Position numbers and translations under genes: made by a program
Part shown: piece by piece, positions 28,870-39,410 of the stretch
How the letters are laid out: every line of letters begins with the position of its first letter
Numbering within the stretch: the first letter of the stretch is position 1
Notes under the pieces: model-generated
Told to the model about the DNA's origin: nothing
The model's input: only the letters and a program-made list of their open reading frames with translations
Databases searched by the model: none
NCBI GenBank assembly: GCA_963663405.2
Contig: CAXXSM010000036.1
Coordinates: 1 to 64,000 of the forward strand
Reading direction: 5' to 3'
Origin: a bacterium
Lineage (GTDB): Bacteria; Hinthialibacterota; Hinthialibacteria; Hinthialibacterales; Hinthialibacteraceae
DNA length: 64,000 nt

Positions 28870-31104
28870 TTAATCAAATAATAACGCAAGGACATCACGT
28901 GGCTCGAAGCGGTAGGTGAATGTGGGGCCGTTCCCATGATTTTCTAAGGAAAAGGAATTGCCGGTTTCAAGATTGACTGCGCGGCCTGAACTGGTTTCCG
29001 GTGGGAGTTGGAATTCAACGTTTTGTTTTTGTTCCGTATGATTGATCCCAATAAACAACCGTCTCTTTTCCGATTCTAACAGCCGCGCCTCGACGCATCC
29101 CTGCGCGCCATGAATTTCTACAACCGGTTCCACTCCCGCCCATGCGGTGATACGTTGCAGCATAAGACCGGTTTCCGTAATTCGTTCCCGTTCATAGGCC
29201 GCCGCTGGAAAAGTGCCGATCAACATCGCCTGTCCTTTTCCAAAAGGGGATAACACAATCGCCGGATCGCCGTTTTGAAAATAAGCCAGCGCCTTCGCTT
29301 GAGGTGAAGTGAGAGTGAGATGCTGCGCGTAGAGAATCCCATTGATGATCCGATCCCCTAATGGCGCCAACATCCCCGGCAGTTTTTCTTCTGTAATCAA
29401 GTCCACGGTCTCGCCGGATTCCAGCATTTTCTCGCGGCAGCCGAACACTTCATCCAAACCGGCGCCGGGGATTCGTTCATTGGCGAATCCGCGATCATCA
29501 TTCCATGCGGGCCGCGCTTCGCTGATGAGTGTTCCTCCCTGGCGTGTATACTCGATCAACGCTTTCGCTACGGATTCCTGCAGCATGAGAGGATAGGGGA
29601 GGTAAATCACTTTGTACTCATTCGCGCGCCCTGATAGAATCTGATCGGGATGAATGAAATCCACTTGAATATTGCGTTCAAAGAGCGCGCGGTAGAAGCC
29701 CATTAACGAATCCCGCACAACTTGGCCAGGGGCTACCGTATTCCCGCCTGTCATGTAGGCGAGCCGGTTGTAGAGTATGGCGACATCAGATTTCATTGGG
29801 CGTAACGAAGAAAAGACGCGGTGATGATCGGTAATGATTTTAGCCAATTGTCCCGCCGCTCTCGCTCGTTCGGTAATAAGGCCGTCAAGTTCGATCATAC
29901 CATATCCGTTAGATTCATAACCTGAACTCATGGGATACCAAGCGTAATAGCTGATTGAACGAACCCCGCGCGACATGGCAAGCCAACCCCATAAACGCAG
30001 ATCCGCCGCGTTGACATGAGCGCCGGCTCGTACGCCAGTGACGCCCTGTCCGGCTTGTAACTCACCCATCCACCAGCCGTTCTCACCTCCGGCGGATCGT
30101 ATACTATCTAGAGCCATAGTCAATTTGATTGGATTCCAAGCGCTTGTAGAAGAAGCGTGTTTTGGGTAAATGGAAGTTCCATAATAATCAACTGATTGCG
30201 CCATCCACCAATCGTCAGGACTTCCATAACCTGAGAGGGGAGAGAGCAGCGCGGAGGGCGCGTCCGAATGGCTGCTGACTATGCAATTAGGATCGGCGCG
30301 GCGCGCAGCGACCGCTTTACGCTTCAAATCTTCTTTTAACTTGACTGCGATAAAAGTGTTCCAATCGATAAAATCCGTATAGGACAGAATTGTTCCAAAG
30401 CGCGGCGCTTCCACTTGATCCCAACGGGAAAACGTTCGATACCAGGCGCGGTTCAATACATCCAGCGAACCGTATTTTTGTTTCAACCATTCACGGAAGC
30501 GCTCTTGAGTAAATGGATTGAAACCAAATTGAACCGGATTGTTGAACCAAACCCAATTGACGAGATGCGGTTCACTCCAAAGGTCCCAGGCGTAGAACGA
30601 TTTGTGCGCTTTAGCGATCTTTCCCGCTTCTTCGATAAAATTCTCCAAAGCGGTTCGCACGCCGGGGTGATCAAGGCTGAATCCAGGCGCGGCTTGGGAA
30701 GGGATTATACGGCCTTCACTTGTGACAAAACGCGCTTCCGGGTATGAGTCGGTGACCCACTCCGGCGCGGAATCCGCGTAAATTTGAACAATTACGCGTA
30801 GCTCGGTCTCATCCGCCAAATCGAGAAGTTGTTCCAGGCAGTCAAATCGATACTGACCGGATTGTGGTTCCGCAGACGCCCAATCGACCCAACACTTTAC
30901 GCTGTTGAAACCCAGTGAGCGAATGGTCAGCAGGTCTTTTTTCCATGCTTCGCGTTCGGCTCCGGGATTGTGGGAGAGCATGGGCGCGCGGACTTTCCCT
31001 CCTCCATACCATACACCGGCTGGATAGAAATCCTCTCCATACGACTGTAGATTAAATCCAGCGATCATAAAAATGAATAGTAAAATGGATTTAATAGAAC
31101 TCAT
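28870..31104 (-). CDS. GH42-family beta-galactosidase-like, secreted
   Basis: Signal peptide; W...EP..G.Y.F, WSEP acid/base, FREWLKQKYGSLD.LN.AW, ELQ nucleophile, trimerisation domain. Confidence 0.82.
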   Translation of the reverse strand: MSSIKSILLFIFMIAGFNLQSYGEDFYPAGVWYGGGKVRAPMLSHNPGAEREAWKKDLLTIRSLGFNSVKCWVDWASAEPQSGQYRFDCLEQLLDLADETELRVIVQIYADSAPEWVTDSYPEARFVTSEGRIIPSQAAPGFSLDHPGVRTALENFIEEAGKIAKAHKSFYAWDLWSEPHLVNWVWFNNPVQFGFNPFTQERFREWLKQKYGSLDVLNRAWYRTFSRWDQVEAPRFGTILSYTDFIDWNTFIAVKLKEDLKRKAVAARRADPNCIVSSHSDAPSALLSPLSGYGSPDDWWMAQSVDYYGTSIYPKHASSTSAWNPIKLTMALDSIRSAGGENGWWMGELQAGQGVTGVRAGAHVNAADLRLWGWLAMSRGVRSISYYAWYPMSSGYESNGYGMIELDGLITERARAAGQLAKIITDHHRVFSSLRPMKSDVAILYNRLAYMTGGNTVAPGQVVRDSLMGFYRALFERNIQVDFIHPDQILSGRANEYKVIYLPYPLMLQESVAKALIEYTRQGGTLISEARPAWNDDRGFANERIPGAGLDEVFGCREKMLESGETVDLITEEKLPGMLAPLGDRIINGILYAQHLTLTSPQAKALAYFQNGDPAIVLSPFGKGQAMLIGTFPAAAYERERITETGLMLQRITAWAGVEPVVEIHGAQGCVEARLLESEKRRLFIGINHTEQKQNVEFQLPPETSSGRAVNLETGNSFSLENHGNGPTFTYRFEPRDVLALLFD

Positions 31105-31371
31105 TGGCGATACCTCAATTATCAGCGCTCATCCAGATTTTCTTTTTTCATTGTAATGCTGGAATTGCTAAATTGACAAGAAGATATTCACTTCTCTTGA
31201 CTTTATGAGCAAATGATCGTAAAAAAAAGCGAAAAATATTTATTAACATCTGAGAATTCAACGAATATAGAATCGAAAGGGTTGAGTGACTTGCGTACAA
31301 TTGATACCATTGACGGCGTACAATCCTTTTTTGAATTGAGCGGAACTCTTTAATGAGGCGCTCCGTGTTGA

Positions 31372-32596
31372 ATGATATTTTATCCTTATACTTTTCTGTT
31401 AAAAACTGAGGGATTTTGGGAATTCAAAACACTTATATTTGGTGATGTAGTTCCATGTTTTTATTTAAATGAAAGTCACAATGACCTGTTATTTCTGACA
31501 ATCTTGCCGTCAGAAGGGAGAAAAAGGGAGAAAAGGGGAATCCGCTATCCGCTCAGTATATGGGCGTCTAGTTGATTTTCTAGAAACGAATGGGGCTTCT
31601 CTTCTGCAAGAGAGAGTCTATTGCCGGTTGCCGATTGCTGATTTGATTGAGCGGATCCGGGATGAGACGTTTTCACGACTCTCGACCAAGCAGATTCCAG
31701 CCACCTGCGTGGAAGGATTACCCTTGGATGGTACAGATTTCGCTGGGATTCACGCCATTGCTGTCCGCGTGGCCGAAGAGAATCCCTCGTGGCTTATCGA
31801 ACGGGAGAATCAAATCTGCGGACGCGTTTTTCATGGGCGAGAAGCGCAGTATCTTTCTCTCCCCGATGTCGCCCGCCTTGTGCCGGAATCGTTGCGCTTC
31901 GGCCGGGAGAAGGAAACGGATGAAGCGATCAAACTGACCGAAACGATTTTAAAAGACGCGGATTGGTCCTTCCATAACGTTTGCCGGACATGGTTTTATT
32001 TAGATGAGATTCTGGATTGGTATGGGGATTTCAACCATATCCGGAATGCGATTTATGAACGGATCGGTTTTTTTAATGGAAATCCTAACGTTGTAATCCC
32101 CGCTAGCACGGGAATTTATGGGAAAAACGCGAATGGGAACGCCTGTACTCTTGATGTATTGGCCATACGTTCCCGCAATGGGCGTCCTCTCGAATTCAAG
32201 CGGATGGTGAATGCCCGGCAGAATGAGGCCACAGATTATGGGTCCGCGTTCTCGCGAGGCATTACGATTCATACGGATTCCGCCGCCTGCATGTTTATCT
32301 CTGGGACGGCGTCTATTGATGAGTCCGGAAAAACCATTCACTTGGGTGACATGAAGCGCCAAACCAAACGGACCTTTCAGAATATTGAGACGTTGTTGGA
32401 TGGACTTGGCGCTGAGATGAAAGATATAGTACAGGCGACAGCATTTGTAAAATTTCCTGAAGACGCGGAAACTTTCTATCAAGTTCGCCGAGAAATGAAA
32501 CTAGAAAATGTTCCTATGATCTGCACGGTAGCCGATGTATGCCGCGACGATCTTTTATTTGAATTGGATGCGACGGCGGTTGTGCCCACCCGTTGA
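31372..32596 (+). pseudogene. Rid (YjgF/YER057c/UK114; FkbO/Hyg5-like) family hydrolase, frameshifted by a 10-bp tandem duplication
   Basis: RTWFYL, PASTGI, FSRG, FISGTASID, DVCRDDLLFELD; AGGGAGAAAA x2 at 31515-31534, and removing one copy fuses ORF 31372 with ORF 31628. Confidence 0.75.
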
Positions 32597-32613
32597 AATA
32601 GACATAGAGAGCC

Positions 32614-34557
32614 ATGTGGATTTTATATTCTTCTTATATTCAATGTCGAAGGAATAATCGAGCGATTCCATCCTCTTTTTTTTTAATAGCCTGGATGGTT
32701 TTCGCCCCGATCGGCTTAACGTGGGCAAAGGAGGATTCCCAATCCGATCTTATTTTTGTCCAGATTCCTGCCGCTGCTGAACCGGCGCAGTCTCCTTCGG
32801 ATCTGATCTTTTTACCATCCGCCCGTTATGTAGATGGCTGCCGGATTGTGTGTCTCTCTCTTACGGATTCGAACGCGGTACCCAAGAATCTGACACCGGA
32901 ATTCCTTTCGGCTCAAGATCCCGCTGTCTCGTTTGATGGTGAGACGATACTCTTTGCAGGTAAAAAGAGCGCGGCGGATTCCTGGTCGATCTGGCGAATG
33001 AACCGTGATGGAAGCGGAAAAGTAGAAATCACTCCGGAATTGAATGATTGTGTCAGCCCCCTTTTTGTGGGGGGATTGTTTTATCTGAATGATGACGCTC
33101 CATCGGATCAGATTGTATTCATGAGCGGCGATCATAATTGGATCAACGAGCAGGGCTCCACGCCCGCCTATTCCCTCTATGTGAGTAACCTTGAAGGGAA
33201 AAATTGTCATCGCATCACTTTCAATCTAAGCGGCGATTTTGATCCAGATGTTCTGCCAAACGGGCGCGTCGTTTTTACCAGCTGGCAGCGGTATGGAGGC
33301 CGGTTCGCGCCTACGGGAATGTTCTCACTTCTTGAAGTGAGTATTGATGGAACTGATCTAATGCCGTTTTACGGCAATTTCGAAAAACCGGTTTTCAAGG
33401 GGATGATCCGAGTTTCCGATGGGGACCGGATCTATTTCATCGAATCGGATCGCTCAACCTGGCTGGGTGGGGGGCGGATCGCGTATGTCTCATTCCGGCG
33501 TCCTCTCCACTCTCATCATATATTATGCCAGGACGCGAATGGTCTATACCATAGCCCGTGTCCATTGCCGGATGGGGGTTTGATTGCGCCGTACAGGCCC
33601 AATAATGATGAAACGCCTTTCGGACTTTATCGAATCGATCCTGAATCAGGCGAACGCTTAGAGACCATATATCAAGATGACGCATGGCGCTGCTTGGACG
33701 CGCATGTGTTAGGTCCTCATCCACGCGTGAAAGGTCGATCGAGCGTCGTCAATTTTGAACTCGATAAGGGCGTGTTTTATTGCCTTAATACATACGAAAG
33801 CGATCGGCCAGAAGCAAAAGCGATTGAGCCGGGATCGATCGCCCGTATGCGTGTGATTGAGGGAGTTCCTCTTCTTGCCAATCAACCGCCTCTCTCTACC
33901 TATTCCGCCACGCCGTTTGGTCTGCGCCGGATTCTGGGGCAGATACCGGTTGAAGCGGATGGATCGTTCCATATTGAAGTTCCTTCCCAGACACCAATCG
34001 CATTTCAACTATTAGATAAAAACGGCATGGCGCTGATGACTCATCGCAGTTGGATTTGGGCGATGCCGAAGGAAATGCGGGGATGCGCCGGCTGTCATGA
34101 GGACCGGGAACTGGCTCCTTCCAACCTTCTTGTCAAAGCGGTGGTGAAACCACCCTATTCATTAACTCTGCCACCTGAAAAACGCCGGACAACGGATTTT
34201 AAACATAATGTAGTTCCAATTTTAAAAGAGAGATGTGTTTTATGCCATTCGGAGGGAATGTCGCCGTTCGATCTCGATTTTGAAGAACAGGAGAAACGTG
34301 AAGACGCCTATAATCCTGCGTATAAGACACTGCTCGGTAAATCGGGAGAGAGACAGTATATAATTCCCGGCGATTCGAGGGAAAGCCCTTTAGTGTGGAA
34401 CCTATTTGGAGAGAAATTGGGATCGAGTCCCTATTCAGGTATTGTTGAAATGATGCCTCCTGGAGAAGCGCTCTCCTCGCTCGAGAAACGAATCATCGTG
34501 GAATGGATTGATATCGGCGCACAATGGGATAATCGAGTCGCGTTTGAAAATAATTGA
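32614..34557 (+). CDS. Hydrazine synthase alpha-subunit-like protein (TolB-like propeller + HZS-alpha middle domain + cytochrome c)
   Basis: DPAVSFDG..ILFAGK, RILGQIPVEADGSFHIEVP..TPIAFQLLDKNG...W..P.E.RGCAGCHE; second haem CVLCH; WIDIGA. Confidence 0.78.
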   Translation: MWILYSSYIQCRRNNRAIPSSFFLIAWMVFAPIGLTWAKEDSQSDLIFVQIPAAAEPAQSPSDLIFLPSARYVDGCRIVCLSLTDSNAVPKNLTPEFLSAQDPAVSFDGETILFAGKKSAADSWSIWRMNRDGSGKVEITPELNDCVSPLFVGGLFYLNDDAPSDQIVFMSGDHNWINEQGSTPAYSLYVSNLEGKNCHRITFNLSGDFDPDVLPNGRVVFTSWQRYGGRFAPTGMFSLLEVSIDGTDLMPFYGNFEKPVFKGMIRVSDGDRIYFIESDRSTWLGGGRIAYVSFRRPLHSHHILCQDANGLYHSPCPLPDGGLIAPYRPNNDETPFGLYRIDPESGERLETIYQDDAWRCLDAHVLGPHPRVKGRSSVVNFELDKGVFYCLNTYESDRPEAKAIEPGSIARMRVIEGVPLLANQPPLSTYSATPFGLRRILGQIPVEADGSFHIEVPSQTPIAFQLLDKNGMALMTHRSWIWAMPKEMRGCAGCHEDRELAPSNLLVKAVVKPPYSLTLPPEKRRTTDFKHNVVPILKERCVLCHSEGMSPFDLDFEEQEKREDAYNPAYKTLLGKSGERQYIIPGDSRESPLVWNLFGEKLGSSPYSGIVEMMPPGEALSSLEKRIIVEWIDIGAQWDNRVAFENN

Positions 34558-34560
34558 AAC

Positions 34561-34789
34561 TACGCAAATCGGCTGATCGGGATTTTCTTTGTCAGAATCA
34601 AGATAACCAGGATGTAAGGATGAGCAGGATTTTTTTCAGATTTATGAATTCATCTATTTGATGTCAGATTCTACTCAGACGATTTTATCCTGAATATCCT
34701 ATTATCTTGGCCATCCAGATTCAGACAAAGGATGAAAACAAGATCAAACTATTCCATCAAACGAGTGGATTGATTGTCCGATCTGCGTA
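34561..34789. repeat. Nested inverted-repeat (MITE/REP-like) element
   Basis: Outer TACGCAAATCGGC / GTCCGATCTGCGTA; inner imperfect TGTCAGAATCAAGATAACCAGGAT / ATCTTGGCCATCCAGATTCAGACA with AGGAT/ATCCT sub-repeats. Confidence 0.55.
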
Positions 34790-34818
34790 ACGTTAGTAAA
34801 ATTGTATGAGGTACGAGT

Positions 34819-36531
34819 ATGCGCAAACAGCGCTGTTCTTTTAATAATACTATTAATTCTATTTGCTCTTCGAAATGGATGGGAATTCAGTGGAATGTGT
34901 ATCCGCCGGTCCATCTGATTATCGTTTCGATTCTTGCATTTTTCTCACTCTCGCTTGCGCAAAGCGCGGAAGAACCGAAATACCCAACCTTCACAGATGT
35001 CACTCTCAAGGCTGGGATTCATTTTCAGCACAGTATTGGCGATCATGAACTAAGCAATATTATCGAAGGCACTGGCGCGGGGTGTTCTTTTTTTGATTAC
35101 GACGGTGATTCCGATCTCGATATCTACTTAATGAATGGCACATATGTTAAGGATTTAAGCCATATTAGAGGTCGTGTGAATGAAGGGAAACTCTTCAACG
35201 CGCTCTATCGGAATAATGGAGATGGAACCTTCACTGACGTCTCGAATGAGGCTGGTGTCGCTCACCCTGGTTTTGGGATGGCTTGCGTGGCGGCGGATTA
35301 CGATAACGATGGAGATTCCGATCTGTGGATCACGAACTGGGGGCCGAATGTCTTATACCGCAATAACGGGAATGGAACCTTTACCGATGTCACTAAAGAA
35401 GCGGGCCTTGAAAGCGATCTCTGGGGGATTGGCAGCGTCTTCTTTGATTATGATAAAGATGGAAATCTTGATCTTTATGTAGGGAATTATCTGCTATACG
35501 ATCCAGACTACACCTATCACTACGCCCCGGAAAAGTATCCAGGACCGCTTTCGTATGAAGGGCAGCCTGACATTCTCTATCACAATAATGGGGATGGGAC
35601 TTTTACGGATGTGACGAAGGAAGCGGGTGTCTATAATCCGGAGGGCCGGGCGATGGGCGTTTCTTCCTGCGATATCGACAATGATGGGGATATGGATGTC
35701 TTTGTCGCGAACGATGGGATGGAAAATTATCTCTACCGCAATAATGGCGATAATACATTTACAAATATCGCGCTGGAAACGGCGACTGGCTTTGGGCAGA
35801 GCGGGGAAGCCACTTCCGCGATGGGGCCGGAATTTGGAGATTTCGACCTGGATGGTTATATTGATCTCCTCGTTCCGGATATGGGGTATTCCTGCATCTA
35901 CCGGAATACAGGTTTAGGTTTTTTTGAGGAAATGAGCGCGCGGATGGGATTGGCGGCGTCCTGTGGGCAGTATACCAGCTGGTCGGGTAATTTCTTTGAT
36001 TTCGACTGTGACGGATATCTCGATATTTTTATCGCCAATGGGGACAGTCATAAATTGGATGCGGAAGAGGATATCCTGTTGCGTAATATTAACGGTCAGC
36101 GATTCGAAGATATCTCATCCGAATGTGGACCGGATTTCCAGGATAAATTCGTCAGCCGGGGATCGGCGATTGGGGATTATGATGATGATGGAGATCTGGA
36201 TGTATTGGTTTTAAATATAAACAATCGCGCGCGGCTCCTGCGAAATGAAGGTGGAAACCGGAACCATTGGCTGAAGATCCATACAATTGGAACGATAAGC
36301 AATCGCGATGGAATTGGTACGCGAATCCGTGTCACGGTTGGAGGGAAAACCCAGACGCGTGACATTGTGAGCAGTTCCGGCTATTTATCTCAAAACGATT
36401 ACCGGGCGCATTTCGGACTTGGCCAGTACGAGAAAGTGGACACCATCGAAGTGAGATGGCCTAGTGGGAAGAAACAAGTCTTGGAAAATGTGATGGGGAA
36501 TCAAGTCTTGGTTTTAAAGGAACCTAAATAA
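34819..36531 (+). CDS. CRTAC1/ASPIC-UnbV family FG-GAP repeat protein
   Basis: Repeated DYDNDGD.DL / LYRNNGDGTFTDV; SNRDGIGTRI, HFGLG, EVRWPSG. Confidence 0.9.
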   Translation: MRKQRCSFNNTINSICSSKWMGIQWNVYPPVHLIIVSILAFFSLSLAQSAEEPKYPTFTDVTLKAGIHFQHSIGDHELSNIIEGTGAGCSFFDYDGDSDLDIYLMNGTYVKDLSHIRGRVNEGKLFNALYRNNGDGTFTDVSNEAGVAHPGFGMACVAADYDNDGDSDLWITNWGPNVLYRNNGNGTFTDVTKEAGLESDLWGIGSVFFDYDKDGNLDLYVGNYLLYDPDYTYHYAPEKYPGPLSYEGQPDILYHNNGDGTFTDVTKEAGVYNPEGRAMGVSSCDIDNDGDMDVFVANDGMENYLYRNNGDNTFTNIALETATGFGQSGEATSAMGPEFGDFDLDGYIDLLVPDMGYSCIYRNTGLGFFEEMSARMGLAASCGQYTSWSGNFFDFDCDGYLDIFIANGDSHKLDAEEDILLRNINGQRFEDISSECGPDFQDKFVSRGSAIGDYDDDGDLDVLVLNINNRARLLRNEGGNRNHWLKIHTIGTISNRDGIGTRIRVTVGGKTQTRDIVSSSGYLSQNDYRAHFGLGQYEKVDTIEVRWPSGKKQVLENVMGNQVLVLKEPK

Positions 36532-36553
36532 AGGTAGTAAAGGAAGAGTAAGA

Positions 36554-39391
36554 ATGAGCAGGCGTTTGGCGATTGTCTTATTCAGCGTGGTTTTGGCGCT
36601 TCCCATGATTGATGGACGGCGCGCGCAGTCCGCTGACCGGATATATATGGGAGAATCCATCTGCCGCCAGTGTCACCACGACGCGATAGGCAAGCGGAAT
36701 CAATTCAATCTATGGCGGACGTCCAAACACGCCAACGCCTATGCGGCTCTCGCCATGCCGGAAGCGAAAGAAATCGCTGAACTGTCCGGGATCGATGTGA
36801 ATCCATTTGACAGCAAGGTCTGCCTGGGATGTCACACCACCGCTCCAGAAACTGAAGCGTGGGAACGCGACAGCCGTTTCTACTTTGAAGATGGAATCCA
36901 ATGTGAAGCCTGTCACGGTCCTGGCAGTGGATATATGGAACTGGACGTGATGATGGACCGGGAAAAGGCGATGATGGCCGGATTGAAGATGCCCGGCGAA
37001 GAATTCTGTATGGTCTGTCATAAAGAAAAAGGATCGCACACCGCGGTCTTGCGAGTGAAAGAGTTTAATTACAAAGACGCGCTTCGGGAAATCGCTCACG
37101 CGGGGAAGGGAGGGGATCTCCCGCAGATGGAAAAACCCGCCGTGAAACTTGAATCCGGGCCGAAATATACGGGGGCGATGGTGTGTGGGAAATGTCACCA
37201 AGGCTCCATGATGGGCCATCAATACAGCCTGTGGCGTAATTCCCGCCATGCGCGCGCGTTTGCAGTTTTAGGCACGGAAAAAGGATTGAAGATCGCGCGC
37301 GATCAAGGGATCGACAATCCACAGAAAGCCTCCCAATGCTTGAAATGCCATTCCACAGGATACGGAAATCCACCGGGCCGGTTTCTGAAGAGTTTTGATA
37401 TTGCGCAAGGCGTACAGTGTGAAAGCTGTCACGGCCCCGGCAGTGAATACAGCCCGGAAGCGGTCATGACCGATCCCATCGCCTCCCACGAAGCGGGCCT
37501 TTTGAAGGTAAACCGGGAGACTTGTTTGAAATGTCATAACGAAGAAAATTTTGATTTTCCTAAACGAGTCAAGCGAATCGCGCATCCCAAACCGAAAGGA
37601 GATCGAGTCTCTCAAATCGAATACAAAACCCCCTTCAATCTTGCAATTACAAAAGATGGAGAACGTTTGTTCATCGCTTGTGAAGGATCGGATAGTGTTA
37701 TTGTTGTGAACACGGATATCCACCGCGTGGTGGCGGAGATAAAAATCGAAAACCTGCCTCACGCGGTTGTTCTATCACCCGATGAGACTCGTGTATACGC
37801 GGCTAACCGGGGAACGGACACCATTTCTGTGATTGACGCGAATACCTACGAAGTCCTCACAACAATCGCCGTGGGAGACGAGCCGCATGAGATGGCGCTC
37901 AATAATGTGGGGGATATACTCTACGTGGCCAACGCCGCGTCATACGATGTGTCTATAGTCGATCTGAAGCAAAACCGCGAGGTCAAACGCCTTTCCGCCG
38001 CGCGGGGAACCTGGGGAATTGCGCCTTCGCCTGACGGTAAGAGGCTTTTCGTTTCCAATAACCTTTCTCACTATGTCAAATTCCGTGAACCGTCTAAATC
38101 CGAGGTGACGGTGATCGACGCGGATCGAGGAGTTGTAACAGATCGAATTATGATTCCCTCCGCGAATTTGGTCCAAGGCGTCGCTGTAGCGCCGGATGAT
38201 GAATTCGCGCTTGTTACACTGATCCGGACGAAGAACCTTGTCCCCATGACCCGTGTGATGCAGGGATGGGTGATTACGAATGGAATTGGTGTCTTGTGGA
38301 AAGACGGGCGGGTTGATCAATTACTTCTCGATGAGGTAAATAATTTCTTCGCCGATCCGACCGATGTTGTCATTACGCCGGATGGGAAATACGCGTATGT
38401 CAGCGCGGGGGGGATCGATAAAGTAGCCGTTATTGATCTTGACAAAATGAAAGCCCTGTTGGCGCGATCGACCGATAAAGAGCGCGAAGCGATTTTGCCC
38501 AATCATCTTACCGCCAGTATGGAATTTACACTCAAACGAATCGCCGTTGGACGCAGCCCACGCGGCATGACAGTCTCACCGGATGGGCGTTTTGTTTATG
38601 TGGCTGACGGGCTGGATGACACAATTTCTGTAATTGATGTGGCGAAACAGGAACGTACGAGCGTTATCGATCTGGGTGGACCGAAAGAGATCACACTCAC
38701 CCGCAAAGGGGAACGAATCTTTCACAGCGCCGAAGTGACATATGGGCGCCAGTTCTCTTGTCATTCCTGCCATCCTGATGGCGGGATCGATGGCATTACA
38801 TACGATATTGAACCGGATGGAGTTGGTTTAGATCCAGTGGATAACCGAACCCTGCGCGGTATACTCGATACGGCTCCATTTAAATGGACGGGGAAGAATC
38901 CTTCTCTCAGCCGCCAATGCGGTCCGCGTCTGGCGGTCTTTTTTACACGTATCGATCCGTTTACTCCCGATCAGGTCAAAGCGCTCGATCGGTATATCTG
39001 TACGATCCCCCGGTCACCGAACCGGTATCGTGTGGGAGATGAGTTGACGCCAGCGCAGCGGCGTGGTAAAGAGATGTTTGAACGAACTCATTCCAACGCG
39101 GGACGAGAAATCCCAATCGGCAACCGCTGTAATACATGTCATCCTGCGCCGTATTTCACCAATCGAGAAGTGGCGGATGTCGGCACGAAATCCTGGTTAG
39201 ACCAGGAGGGAATCCTCGATGTGCCTCATCTCAACAATATTTATGAAACGCCTCCTTTTCTTCATGACGGCCGGGCGGAGACATTGGAAGAAATCTGGAC
39301 GCGCTTCAATCCGAATGACGAACATGGTCTTACAAATGATATGACCAAAGATCAACTCAACGATTTGGTTGAATATTTGAAAACACTTTAA
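36554..39391 (+). CDS. Decahaem protein: two c554-like tetrahaem domains + YVTN beta-propeller + CCP/MauG-like dihaem domain (HzsB/HzsC-like fusion)
   Basis: Ten CxxCH motifs (8 N-terminal, then CHSCH and CNTCH); YVAN/ISVID blades; TAPFKWTG, PFLHDGRAETLEE, L..YLKTL. Confidence 0.82.
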   Translation: MSRRLAIVLFSVVLALPMIDGRRAQSADRIYMGESICRQCHHDAIGKRNQFNLWRTSKHANAYAALAMPEAKEIAELSGIDVNPFDSKVCLGCHTTAPETEAWERDSRFYFEDGIQCEACHGPGSGYMELDVMMDREKAMMAGLKMPGEEFCMVCHKEKGSHTAVLRVKEFNYKDALREIAHAGKGGDLPQMEKPAVKLESGPKYTGAMVCGKCHQGSMMGHQYSLWRNSRHARAFAVLGTEKGLKIARDQGIDNPQKASQCLKCHSTGYGNPPGRFLKSFDIAQGVQCESCHGPGSEYSPEAVMTDPIASHEAGLLKVNRETCLKCHNEENFDFPKRVKRIAHPKPKGDRVSQIEYKTPFNLAITKDGERLFIACEGSDSVIVVNTDIHRVVAEIKIENLPHAVVLSPDETRVYAANRGTDTISVIDANTYEVLTTIAVGDEPHEMALNNVGDILYVANAASYDVSIVDLKQNREVKRLSAARGTWGIAPSPDGKRLFVSNNLSHYVKFREPSKSEVTVIDADRGVVTDRIMIPSANLVQGVAVAPDDEFALVTLIRTKNLVPMTRVMQGWVITNGIGVLWKDGRVDQLLLDEVNNFFADPTDVVITPDGKYAYVSAGGIDKVAVIDLDKMKALLARSTDKEREAILPNHLTASMEFTLKRIAVGRSPRGMTVSPDGRFVYVADGLDDTISVIDVAKQERTSVIDLGGPKEITLTRKGERIFHSAEVTYGRQFSCHSCHPDGGIDGITYDIEPDGVGLDPVDNRTLRGILDTAPFKWTGKNPSLSRQCGPRLAVFFTRIDPFTPDQVKALDRYICTIPRSPNRYRVGDELTPAQRRGKEMFERTHSNAGREIPIGNRCNTCHPAPYFTNREVADVGTKSWLDQEGILDVPHLNNIYETPPFLHDGRAETLEEIWTRFNPNDEHGLTNDMTKDQLNDLVEYLKTL

Positions 39392-39410
39392 GATATAAGG
39401 GATCCTAGAA

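Noticed and set aside
32614-39391. Claim that the organism performs anammox
   Set aside because: Only architectural similarity; no HAO/HDH or other anammox genes here, and HzsA-like domains occur in non-anammox bacteria
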